Of a DNA stretch of 16,107 nt, positions 6,327-15,008 are shown in pieces. Source of the stretch: Candidatus Undinarchaeota archaeon (GTDB lineage: Archaea > SpSt-1190); assembly GCA_964449215.1 (NCBI GenBank), contig CAYVAH010000016.1, forward strand, positions 1 through 16,107, read 5' to 3'. Both the position numbers and the translations under genes were made by a program. Position 1 is the first letter of the stretch, and each line of letters opens with the position of its first letter. Below the pieces are notes generated by a model. The model saw nothing but the letters and a program-made list of their open reading frames with translations. It made no database searches and was not told the DNA's origin.

Positions 6327-8429
6327 TCAATACAGCATGGTCTTCCTCAATTCTTGCGAATTCTTCCTCATCTTTGCCCTTCTGTATGCCTTTCTTGCCC
6401 ACCCGTATACCGCCGCACCCGCTATGGCAAAAGGCAGAGCCGCAATCGCACCGAGCACCAGCCCCGCTGGAACAGCAGCACCGCCCCCCACGCCGGCGGC
6501 AGCAGCCGCTCTCCTGAGCTTCGGGTGCTTCTTTTTCTCGATTCCCGGGATCCTACCCTCAACCTTGCGGTAGCCGCCGAGAACCCCCGAGTATACCTGG
6601 GCACGGTAGTACTTCTCGAACAGCTCCTTGACCTTCTCTTCAGTGTTGTCGCTTTCAATGGGGTGGATATACACAGAGGAATATGGCCTCAAGCTGGGTT
6701 TTCCGTCCTCGTCAACATTGTAGAAGACGAACTTCCCGCCCTTTCCTTCAATCTTTATTCCGTGACCTTTCATCAGGTCCTTCAACAGCTGCTTGCCATC
6801 GAGCTTCCCGGCAGTGTAGGTCTTGTATTTGAAGCTCTTCTTCCTCTTTTTGATTTTGCGGGCGAACTTTTCAACACCCTCCTTGAGAACCCCTTCTTCA
6901 AATTTTTTATAGGAATCTTTTGCCAGCTCCTTCGAGGCCTTCCTGCCCAGCCACACCACAAGCGACCTCGCCGTGTGGGCGGTCAGAAAAGCCCTCTCCT
7001 GTTCCTTACCCAGCGCGGTATAAGAGTCGACCTTCTTTATGTGTCCGGAAACTTCCTTGATAGTATCCTTAAGAGAACCCTGATAAAACCAGTCGCTGAG
7101 CTGGGCAATCTTTTTGGCCGCTTCTTCATAGTCAGCGCCACCGACCTTGAAAACATGCTCCCGGATCGCCTGTGCTATTCCCCCATACAGGGACTCGAAC
7201 ATGGACGACTCCGGTCGGGTAACCCCGTCAATCTTGTCTTTGTACCCCTCAAACAAAGAATCTTTGGCGATCTTGAACAAACCCTTCGGGACTGGCTGTG
7301 GAGTACTGGTTGGCATATCACTAATGAGGGATTCTCCATTTATATAATTTGCCACTTCTTCGTGACTATTAACTATGGAGCCCCACAGCTCCTCCGGAAC
7401 CGACAGGGCAACCCTGGTCCTGTCATTCCACAAGAAGCGGCAGACCTTCCGGTCACCTTCCGTCTGCAGGGAGGAGCGGACATGCCCGGGGAGCTGAGAC
7501 TGCGTGAAAAAACGCCAGAAATTCTCCGCCACGTAGTCCATGACCTGCCTTTCTTCCCGGCTGAATTTCTCCGCCGTGCCTGAATTGTCCCAGCCATCAA
7601 ACGTGAACTTCTTCTCCCAGCGGTCCCCCAGCCCCATCGTGAGCTCCCGCACCTCCCCCCGTGACAAAAAGAACCGGTAAAGGGTCTCGCTGGTTTCGCT
7701 CCCCTCCTTAGTTTTAATTTTCACATTCACCTCGAACCCTTGCCCTTCCTCCTCCACCCCCCGCTCCTCCCCTTTGTCTTCCTCCACCTCCCCCCGTATC
7801 CTGTCCCCAAAACACCTGTCCAGAATGTCGCAGAAATTGTGAAGCGGGATGCGAATCCGGTATATCTCCCCGTCCTTGCTGAACTCAAGATGCAGATAAG
7901 AATCAATCCGGTAACGAATCTCCTTCCCATCAAGCTTCAGCTTGTGGGAATATTCCAGGTAGTTGAGGTAATTCCCGTCCTTCTCCCTCTCTTCGACATC
8001 TTCCAGCATTTTTCCGATCATATCCCTCTTCGTCTCCTCGACCAGGTTTTTCATATCCTTCAGAACATCAGAACCCTTGGCAAATCTTGTGAAGCGCGGA
8101 AGCGAGTTCAGCTCCGTGGCGGACACAAGCTTGCCATCCACAAGCAAATGATACACATACAAACGATCCGAGAACTCAACACCCTCCAGTTCCTTCCCAC
8201 CAATAAGGCTCTCAATATTTTCATTTACGAAGCTCAGGTATCCGGGATCGCTCCCGCTCGTCTCGGAGATCTCAGGAAGCCTCCTGCCCCCCTCAAACTT
8301 ATTCCGGAACCAGCCCCTAAACTTCTCAGCGCTCCCGGGCTTCTCAACATAGACCTCAACGGCCTTCTTCGGTCCGCGCCTGAAGCTATCCCCTGGATAC
8401 TTTGGAGTGTAGCCCTGCAGTCCTCCCAT
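6327..8429 (-). CDS. Large hypothetical protein (700 aa), charged and soluble, with a C-terminal Gly/Ala-rich hydrophobic segment
   Basis: Long ORF with protein-like composition, no signal peptide, C-terminus KKKHPKLRR-AAAAAGVGGGAAVPAGLVLGAIAALPFAIAGAAVYGW-ARKAYRRAKMRK; TATA-like ctataaa on the minus strand at about 8452-8458. Confidence 0.85.
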   Translation of the reverse strand: MGGLQGYTPKYPGDSFRRGPKKAVEVYVEKPGSAEKFRGWFRNKFEGGRRLPEISETSGSDPGYLSFVNENIESLIGGKELEGVEFSDRLYVYHLLVDGKLVSATELNSLPRFTRFAKGSDVLKDMKNLVEETKRDMIGKMLEDVEEREKDGNYLNYLEYSHKLKLDGKEIRYRIDSYLHLEFSKDGEIYRIRIPLHNFCDILDRCFGDRIRGEVEEDKGEERGVEEEGQGFEVNVKIKTKEGSETSETLYRFFLSRGEVRELTMGLGDRWEKKFTFDGWDNSGTAEKFSREERQVMDYVAENFWRFFTQSQLPGHVRSSLQTEGDRKVCRFLWNDRTRVALSVPEELWGSIVNSHEEVANYINGESLISDMPTSTPQPVPKGLFKIAKDSLFEGYKDKIDGVTRPESSMFESLYGGIAQAIREHVFKVGGADYEEAAKKIAQLSDWFYQGSLKDTIKEVSGHIKKVDSYTALGKEQERAFLTAHTARSLVVWLGRKASKELAKDSYKKFEEGVLKEGVEKFARKIKKRKKSFKYKTYTAGKLDGKQLLKDLMKGHGIKIEGKGGKFVFYNVDEDGKPSLRPYSSVYIHPIESDNTEEKVKELFEKYYRAQVYSGVLGGYRKVEGRIPGIEKKKHPKLRRAAAAAGVGGGAAVPAGLVLGAIAALPFAIAGAAVYGWARKAYRRAKMRKNSQELRKTMLY

Positions 8430-8491
8430 TACAACTAATAAATGATGACACTTTATAGCTCTTCCTATAAATCAATATACCACTATGAAAT

Positions 8492-8506
8492 AAAAACCTT
8501 TTAAAT
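8492..8506 (+). promoter_or_regulatory. Putative BRE-TATA for 8527
   Basis: aaaaaccttttaaat, with the TATA about 21-28 nt upstream of ATG 8527. Confidence 0.6.
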
Positions 8507-8526
8507 TCCCGCCCCTCCACTCATAC

Positions 8527-9177
8527 ATGCTTGGAATCCTGCTCACCCTGATGCTGCCGGCGAACTTCCTGCTCCTCAACGCCACGGGTCCGGTGTTCTT
8601 TGACGGGGAGCCGATAGCCTTTGTTTATCTGAATGGCACCCAGGCCGCCGTGAAGCTCCCCCTGATCCCCGGAAGCCACGAAGTTATGCACGACGGAATG
8701 CGGTCAAACCTGTCATTCTTTGAGCTTGAGTGCAGCACGGAAGGGCGACTACTTTGCAACGTCACGGCCGGCACGGACATAACACTCCCATACCAGATAA
8801 TCTGCGGAAAAACAGCAGGTGGGGAGCTCTCGATGAAAAGAGGACAGGTCGAAAAAATAGAGGTTGGTGGGTGCGAGACTGCAAGCCTGAAAATCGGGGA
8901 TTACAGCAGGGAGTTCAACATAACCAGGGTCTTCGAGAACTACATCGTTGTTGAGGGTGAGCAACAAATCACTGTCCTCCAGGGCGATAGGGTTATATTG
9001 CAGAAATTTGGAAAGGGATATGTGGGCTTCCCCGAGCTCCTGCCGGGAGAATACTACGTCAAGGCAGGTTCCCTGGAGGGAAAGCTCGTGGTGAAGCCCG
9101 TGGAATCCGCCATGTACGGCTACGTGCTGTCGGCGGTGATAGTGATGGCAACAATCGCCCTGCTCTGGATGGGATAA
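8527..9177 (+). CDS. Putative cell-surface glycoprotein with C-terminal membrane anchor (216 aa)
   Basis: Hydrophobic N-terminus; beta-rich body with sequons NAT, NGT, NLS, NVT, NIT and four Cys; C-terminal TM YGYVLSAVIVMATIALLWMG. Confidence 0.8.
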   Translation: MLGILLTLMLPANFLLLNATGPVFFDGEPIAFVYLNGTQAAVKLPLIPGSHEVMHDGMRSNLSFFELECSTEGRLLCNVTAGTDITLPYQIICGKTAGGELSMKRGQVEKIEVGGCETASLKIGDYSREFNITRVFENYIVVEGEQQITVLQGDRVILQKFGKGYVGFPELLPGEYYVKAGSLEGKLVVKPVESAMYGYVLSAVIVMATIALLWMG

Positions 9178-9178
9178 C

Positions 9179-9820
9179 ATGAAGGTTCTCGGGATAGACG
9201 AGGCAGGTAGAGGGCCTGTTATAGGCCCGATGGTAATGGTGGGGTTCCTGGTGGATGAGGAGAAAATAGAAGAACTGAAAAAGCTGGGCGTGAAGGACTC
9301 CAAGCAGCTCGATGCCCCCACACGGGAAAGGCTGAAGAAGGAGCTCGAGAAGATTGGGAGGGTCTTTGTCAGGGTCATAGAACCCCATCAGATTGACGCC
9401 TTCAACCTGAACCGGCTGGAAAAGATGGCAACACGGGACATAGTGCTGGAAGCCTCGCCGGATAAGGTGGTGATAGATGCCTTCGAAAAAAACCTGGAGA
9501 AGAAGCTGGCGCTGGATGTGGGGCATGGATTCAAGGGCGAAGTCGTGGCGGAGCATAAGGCGGATGAGAAATACCCGGTGGTCGGGGCGGCAAGCATAGT
9601 GGCGAAGGTTCTGAGGGACGAAGCCGTGAAGAGAATCAAGGAGGTCTATGGGGATTTTGGCTCCGGTTACCCGGGGGACCCGAAAACAGCCGAATACGTG
9701 GAAAAACTAATAAGGTCGAGGCAGAGGCTCCCCGACTTTGTGCGAAAGAGCTGGGACACCGTGAAGCGCGTCCAGGAAGAAGAAGCACAGGTAAAACTCA
9801 GAGACTTCTTGGAAGGCTGA
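9179..9820 (+). CDS. rnhB: Ribonuclease HII
   Basis: GIDEAGRGPVIGP, DSK, VIDA, HKADEKYPVVGAASIVAK, GSGYPGDPKT; C-terminal PIP box QVKLRDFL. Confidence 0.97.
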   Translation: MKVLGIDEAGRGPVIGPMVMVGFLVDEEKIEELKKLGVKDSKQLDAPTRERLKKELEKIGRVFVRVIEPHQIDAFNLNRLEKMATRDIVLEASPDKVVIDAFEKNLEKKLALDVGHGFKGEVVAEHKADEKYPVVGAASIVAKVLRDEAVKRIKEVYGDFGSGYPGDPKTAEYVEKLIRSRQRLPDFVRKSWDTVKRVQEEEAQVKLRDFLEG

Positions 9821-10208
9821 AATTCTCCTCGAAAAGCTCCTCGTGAACATAGAGGGGAACACCCAGCTTGATGCTGATGGCAAGGCAAAACCTGTAATCC
9901 CCCGCCACCGTCCTTCCCTGTGCGGTCAGCACGTTACAGGACAGTGAACTGCCATAGGGAATCAGCTCAAGTCTCTGCAGGTAAGCGGGGTCAATAAGTT
10001 CCGGAAAGAAATCCAGCGGATCCCCGGAGGAATACACCACGTCAGTCGGATCCGGGAGCTCGAGCCGCTTCCCACCACCGGTGAGCAGGAGCTTCCCACC
10101 GGACCTTTCCAGATCAACCCTGACCATGCCGTCAGTTCCGGGGAAGAGTGGAGCCATCAGAGCCGAAACGGCCAGAGCAAGCAACAGCAACAGCAGGAGC
10201 TTATTCAC
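9798..10208 (-). CDS. Signal-peptide or membrane-anchored protein, degenerate DUF151/bifunctional-nuclease-like (136 aa)
   Basis: MNKLLLLLLLALAVSA leader; C-terminal DYRFCLAISIKLGVPLYVHEELFEE resembles the DUF151 consensus RPSDAIALAxRxxAPIYVxEEV. Family call is tentative. Confidence 0.6.
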   Translation of the reverse strand: MNKLLLLLLLALAVSALMAPLFPGTDGMVRVDLERSGGKLLLTGGGKRLELPDPTDVVYSSGDPLDFFPELIDPAYLQRLELIPYGSSLSCNVLTAQGRTVAGDYRFCLAISIKLGVPLYVHEELFEENFSLPRSL

Positions 10209-10228
10209 GAAACCACCCGTTCCAGGAG

Positions 10229-12283
10229 TTAAAATAAGTTCTCGTAGATTTTAACCACGGCGTTCCTCACGGTCTCGAACACCTCTTCCACACCCGTCTT
10301 TTCCCGGACTGTCTTCCACGTCGCGTTCTGCAGCACCTTGGAGACCAGCACCAGCCCTTCATCTCTGGACAGGAAATCCCCGCCCGAGAGGAAATAGCTC
10401 CGGGCAAGCTTTGCAATCAGGTCGGCATCAAGCTCATAGACGTGCTTCCCCGCCAGAAAAAGCTCCAGTCTCTTCCTGCTGGTTTCCCCAAGTTCAAGCT
10501 CCGGGGAAAAGTGGAAGCATCGCAACAACTCCAGAGCAGTTTCCGGGTCCATGTCCCAGTACACATCCCCCAAAGAATCAATGAAGCGGAGAGAAAACTC
10601 ACGTGAAGCCTTACTGCACAAGCCCGTTGCTTCTCGGGACCGGGGCTTCAGAAAAACCACAGAATATTCCCCACTCACCGGGTTCCTGTGAGGGCTGAGA
10701 GCCACAGGGACATAGCCGTTGCGGGCCCAGAAACGAACAAGGGGGGCGGAAGCACCGAAACTCGCCCCAACCCAGTCAAGCTTCAGGTCAAGGGATGAAA
10801 GGGAAAAACTCCCGATCCCCCTGCGCCACAGTTTCGGGTGGGTGACAATCCGGACTATCCTGGCACCCTTCAGCCTTGAGAAATCCTCGAGGCCGTAGTG
10901 TCTGTAAAATATGTCCGGTATCAGGTTGCCTTCCCCCTCCCCGGGAGGAGCTCCCCCCTCGTAGGCGAACTGGACCACGCCGACAACCTTCCCGGAGCTG
11001 AGGGTGAGCTGAACAAAGTGGTGGGGAGCATCTGCAAGCGTCTGAAGGTCATTTGGCGTGTTCCTGTAGTGCGCGGTGACAAGCAGACCGAAGGTGGCGC
11101 GGAGGAGCGCCTCGTCAGAGAAGAGCTCCTTCGGGTCGGGGACCTTCGCCACGAGCTTTCCAACCCCCGCGGGGTCATCCGGCTCCGCATCCAGGAGGAA
11201 GGTGTCAAAAAGCCATGCTTCCACCGGGTCTCCCCGGGCATACCTCACGGGCTCCTCCATGCTGAGCCGCCTGCACTCCCCAAGGAAGGGCAGGAAACGG
11301 AGTGTGAAAGTCCTGCCAGAACCCTCATATCCGTGGATGGTGGTGCTGAAGACCACGGGCTCCTTGCCCGCGAGCTCTTTGAGAATGGGCAGGGGAATGC
11401 CAGAAGCCTCATCCACCACGAAGAGGTCCGCTTTCCTCCGGAGGGCCTCCACGGGCTCTTCAAACACCACCTTTATCTGTTTCCCGAGCAGTATTCCGTT
11501 CTTGTAGCCATAGGGTATGCCAAGGACCTTCAGCCCCCTTTCTATGAACTCGAAAACCGTGGAAACACCCTCCCTGGAAGGAGCGACCACAACCACCTCT
11601 GTTTTTCGTCCCCTGAGCGCACGGAACCCTGCCACGAACAGGCCAAGGGCCGCACTCTTACCCCTCCCCCTGTTGGCCGTCAGCACAGCCTTGCCTGTAA
11701 GACCTTCAAGCCCTTTCAAAACGTCTATCTGGTCCTGCGTCCTGGCCAGTCCGTAGATTTCCCTCGGGAGCTCTCCATCGGGGAGCTTCAGGCTCCGGGG
11801 TGGGGGCGGTTCGACCCTCAGGCTCTCCTTGTCCCATCTTCCACCCCGCCACACCCATATACCCTCGTGCTCGTAAAATTTCCTTATCATCCTCGGAACG
11901 AAGATGTGCCGGCAATCCTCCAGGGTGTAGGGGGGAGTGACAAGACGCTCATGGTGCTTCTGCTTCCCCACCACCCAGTCCTCGAAGCGGGGCGTGATGA
12001 AAACCACCAGACCACCACCGCGGACGGTCGGAACCACCCGGGCAATATCATTGGCAGAAAAGGAACCGCGGAGGTCAAGGACAAGGTTGTCGTAGGTCTT
12101 CCCCAGCACCTTACTGGAGTCGGAGACGCGCAGGAACTTGAAACCCGGGAGCTCAAGGGAATCCCACCCTACCTGCAGACCTTCCAGACCACGAACCCAG
12201 CGAGCAACCTTTCCCACATCATCAGTGACAACCATCCGCCTCTGGAAAGCGGCTTTCGCCGACTCTACCACAGCACCGAGCAC
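10229..12283 (-). CDS. tmcA: tRNA(Met) cytidine acetyltransferase TmcA/Nat10 family (ac4C)
   Basis: VLGKTYDNLVLD..GGGLVV; TANRGRGKSAALG (P-loop); VVDEAS; STTIHGYEGSGRTF; RYARGDPVEAWL; HYRNTPNDL; GNAT motif RIVRIVTHP..RRGIGS. Confidence 0.95.
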   Translation of the reverse strand: MLGAVVESAKAAFQRRMVVTDDVGKVARWVRGLEGLQVGWDSLELPGFKFLRVSDSSKVLGKTYDNLVLDLRGSFSANDIARVVPTVRGGGLVVFITPRFEDWVVGKQKHHERLVTPPYTLEDCRHIFVPRMIRKFYEHEGIWVWRGGRWDKESLRVEPPPPRSLKLPDGELPREIYGLARTQDQIDVLKGLEGLTGKAVLTANRGRGKSAALGLFVAGFRALRGRKTEVVVVAPSREGVSTVFEFIERGLKVLGIPYGYKNGILLGKQIKVVFEEPVEALRRKADLFVVDEASGIPLPILKELAGKEPVVFSTTIHGYEGSGRTFTLRFLPFLGECRRLSMEEPVRYARGDPVEAWLFDTFLLDAEPDDPAGVGKLVAKVPDPKELFSDEALLRATFGLLVTAHYRNTPNDLQTLADAPHHFVQLTLSSGKVVGVVQFAYEGGAPPGEGEGNLIPDIFYRHYGLEDFSRLKGARIVRIVTHPKLWRRGIGSFSLSSLDLKLDWVGASFGASAPLVRFWARNGYVPVALSPHRNPVSGEYSVVFLKPRSREATGLCSKASREFSLRFIDSLGDVYWDMDPETALELLRCFHFSPELELGETSRKRLELFLAGKHVYELDADLIAKLARSYFLSGGDFLSRDEGLVLVSKVLQNATWKTVREKTGVEEVFETVRNAVVKIYENLF

Positions 12284-12301
12284 ATCATTCAGACAGGGCA
12301 G

Positions 12302-12314
12302 TGTTTTAATATTT
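12302..12314. promoter_or_regulatory. Shared AT-rich TATA region of the divergent tmcA/glyS pair
   Basis: ttttaatattt centred in the 49-nt spacer between GTG 12283 (-) and ATG 12333 (+). Confidence 0.5.
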
Positions 12315-12332
12315 CACCGAACTGGAATACAT

Positions 12333-13778
12333 ATGGTCACCCTCGGGGAGCTCCAGAAGTTTTTGATGGAAAAGGCGATAATTTTTCCCACTGCAGAGCT
12401 CTACGGAGGGATGGCCGGCTTCTTCGACTACGGACCGCTCGGGGTGGAGCTGAAAAGGGCCGTCAAGCAGGAATGGTGGAACTGGTTCGTGAGGGGACGT
12501 GAGGATGTTGTGGGGATGGACGGTTGCGTGATAACCCACCCAAAGGTCTGGGAAGCAAGCGGGCACACCAAAGCATTCCACGACCCGCTGGTTGAGTGCA
12601 AAAAATGCAAGAACAGGTTCAGGGCCGACCACCTTGTAGAGGACAGGCTCAAGATAAATGTGGACGGGCTGGAGCTGAAAGAGCTGGAAAAGCTGATAGG
12701 AGATAACCAGATAAAGTGTCCCCGCTGTGGTGGAGAACTCGTGGAGCCAAAGCAGTTCAACCTCATGTTCTCCACGCAGGTCGGGGCAGTGGCAGGGAAT
12801 GTGGCATATCTCCGGCCAGAGACGGCTCAGCTGATATTCGTCGATTTCCCGAGGGTTTACAAGGCGAGCCGGGCAAGCCTGCCCTTCGGAATTGCACAGG
12901 TTGGCAAGGCCTTCCGGAATGAAATAAGCCCCAGAAACTTTGTGTTCCGCAGCAGGGAATTTGAGCAGATGGAACTCGAGTTCTTCATAAACCCGAAGTC
13001 GGAGCCACCGGAGATCCCTGAAGTGGAGGCGCAGGTGTGGACGAGAAAAGCACAGCCGGGGGGAGAGCCGACCAGAATGAGCTTCAGGGAAATGGTGAAA
13101 AAAGGCATTACAAGTGGCTGGCACACATACTGGCTCGCCCAGAGCTGGCTGTTCTTTCTGAACCTGGGACTTGACCCAAAGGACCTGAGGCTCAGGCAGC
13201 ACACCAAGGAGGAACTGAGCCACTACTCGCAGGACACCTGGGACGTGGAGTTCCACTACCCCTTCGGGTGGAAGGAGCTGGCTGGAATAGCCAACCGGAC
13301 GGACTATGACCTGAAGCAGCATGCAAGGTTCTCCGGCAGGGACCTCTCTGTCCCTGAGGGAGAGAAGAAGCTCTACCCGTGGGTGATTGAACCGAGCTTC
13401 GGGGTGGACCGGCTGGTGCTCGCCCTCCTCGCGGGAGGGTGGTACAGGGATGGAGAAAGGCAGGTGTTGAGGCTGAAAGGTTCCCTGGCACCAATTCAGG
13501 TGGCGGTTTTCCCCCTTGTGAACAAGGATGGGATGCCAGAAAAGGCAAGGGAAATCTACAGGGAGCTCTCAAGCTGCTTCCGGGCGTTCTATGATGAAAA
13601 GGGATCAATAGGCCGCCGCTACCGCAGGCAGGACTCCATAGGCACCCCCCTCTGTGTGACCGTGGACGGGCAGACCCTTGAGGACGGGACCGTGACGGTG
13701 CGGGACAGGGACAGCATGGACCAAAGGCGTGTCAAGGTCGAGGAGCTGAAGGGGGCTATCTGGAGTGAAATTTTTTAA
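12333..13778 (+). CDS. glyS: Glycine--tRNA ligase (alpha2, archaeal/eukaryotic type)
   Basis: YGGMAGFFDYGPLG, CxxC...CxxC insertion, YLRPETAQ, GKAFRNEISPR, REFEQMELEFF, VIEPSFGVDR, SIGRRYRRQDSIGTP. Start is ATG 12333; the ORF-track extension overlaps tmcA. Confidence 0.97.
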   Translation: MVTLGELQKFLMEKAIIFPTAELYGGMAGFFDYGPLGVELKRAVKQEWWNWFVRGREDVVGMDGCVITHPKVWEASGHTKAFHDPLVECKKCKNRFRADHLVEDRLKINVDGLELKELEKLIGDNQIKCPRCGGELVEPKQFNLMFSTQVGAVAGNVAYLRPETAQLIFVDFPRVYKASRASLPFGIAQVGKAFRNEISPRNFVFRSREFEQMELEFFINPKSEPPEIPEVEAQVWTRKAQPGGEPTRMSFREMVKKGITSGWHTYWLAQSWLFFLNLGLDPKDLRLRQHTKEELSHYSQDTWDVEFHYPFGWKELAGIANRTDYDLKQHARFSGRDLSVPEGEKKLYPWVIEPSFGVDRLVLALLAGGWYRDGERQVLRLKGSLAPIQVAVFPLVNKDGMPEKAREIYRELSSCFRAFYDEKGSIGRRYRRQDSIGTPLCVTVDGQTLEDGTVTVRDRDSMDQRRVKVEELKGAIWSEIF

Positions 13779-13799
13779 ATCCTTGGGAGGGGGTAGGCC

Positions 13800-14015
13800 A
13801 TGATTACCCGCTTCGAATACGCGAGAATTCTCGGCGCCAGGGCTCTCCAGCTATCACTCGGCGCCCCGGTCCTCATCAAGCTCCCGAAGGATGTGGACAA
13901 AAAGGACACCCTGGAGGTCGCCAAGTATGAACTTGAGAAGGGCGCCGTCCCCATAGTGATTGTGCGGGTCTTCCCCAACGGGGAAAAACAGGTTGTTGAA
14001 CCGAAGCTGAACTGA
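13800..14015 (+). CDS. rpoK: DNA-directed RNA polymerase subunit Rpo6 (K)
   Basis: TRFEYARILGARALQLSLGAP...VAKYELEKGAVPIVIVR; SD ggagggg and ttttaaat upstream. Confidence 0.97.
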   Translation: MITRFEYARILGARALQLSLGAPVLIKLPKDVDKKDTLEVAKYELEKGAVPIVIVRVFPNGEKQVVEPKLN

Positions 14016-14044
14016 ATGAACCGCTGGAGAGTTCAGACCAGCAC

Positions 14045-14997
14045 CTAGTAACCCTCGATTCCGACCTTTTCACATAGCTTCTCAAAAAGTCCGTCGATGG
14101 GTATCTCCGTGGCCTTCCCTGTGATGGAACTGCCATAGACCACCCTCCGGCCTTCAGAGTCAAGGACCATCCAGTCGCCGCAGATTCCAGGGATGAGCTC
14201 GAGGCGGGCAGTCTTGTACCGGTCGTCCAAAAAGAATGAGATGCTTGGGGTGTGACGCGACGAGCGTCCAAGCTTCCCCTCCTCAAGGTCATAATAGAAG
14301 CTCCGATAGACCTTCCACCTGTTCTTTGCCGGAGACTTGAAAACGCTGGAGGAAATCATGTGGCCGTTCTGATAGAGGTCGTGCCTGTGCGCGTGGAAGT
14401 AATGGAGGTAATTCTGTTTGAACAGTCGGGTGTTCTGGCGATGTGAAACCAGAGTGACCCTGGGATTGCCCGTGAAAAAGAGCAACTTCGGGACCCTGTT
14501 CGGCTTCGCCACATAGAGCTCGTAGTCCCCCTCACACACCTCCAGAAAATCCTCCAGGTCGTCGCCTTTGAACATTCTCCCTTCCTCATTTACACACACA
14601 TAGTCACTGACAACACCCAACCCCTCCAGGAGCTTATCTGTAGAAACAACAGAACCGAGGGGTCTGTCCACGGCCAGGAGAGCTTCTTCCTCCTTTGTGG
14701 GCTCGCGCAAGGACCTCAAACTGGAAACCTCACCGTTGTTCAGAGCCATATACTTTTTTCATACTCAATACATTTCGCCTCGTGATTTCCCTTAACCACG
14801 AACACGTTGTCACTCAACTCTTTGAACTTGCTGGACAACTCCTTGAGAAACAGCTCCCTCATGCTGTAATTTTTAAACTCGTCCACAAGGTCGCCCAGCG
14901 AAATTATCACATCCACCTTCCCGAAGTATTTCTTGACTCCCGAGAAATCCGGAAGAACACAGTGTGTATCCCTGATAAGTAGTGTCGTCCCGACCAT
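14045..14997 (-). pseudogene. Calcineurin-like metallophosphoesterase, frameshifted or split into 14740-14997 and 14045-14749
   Basis: First ORF has DTH, GDLVD and GNHE (motifs I-III). Second ORF has VTLVSH and YFHAHRH (motifs IV and V-like). One extra A in the A6 run (plus-strand T6 at 14754-14759) fuses them into about 317 aa. Confidence 0.7.
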
Positions 14998-15008
14998 ACA
15001 AGAACAAT

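Noticed and set aside
6327..8429. Dynamin/mitofusin-like or Cas effector identity for the 700-aa protein
   Set aside because: No P-loop, RuvC or HEPN motifs recognised, and no CRISPR repeats in the window.
6354..8438. 409-aa and 232-aa plus-strand ORFs
   Set aside because: Antisense shadows of the 700-aa gene; the Leu/Phe richness mirrors its Lys/Glu codons.
12138..12332. N-terminal extension of GlyRS in the ORF track
   Set aside because: Overlaps tmcA on the opposite strand; the family-like sequence starts at ATG 12333.
10898..12502. 534-aa plus-strand ORF
   Set aside because: Antisense shadow of tmcA with no motifs.
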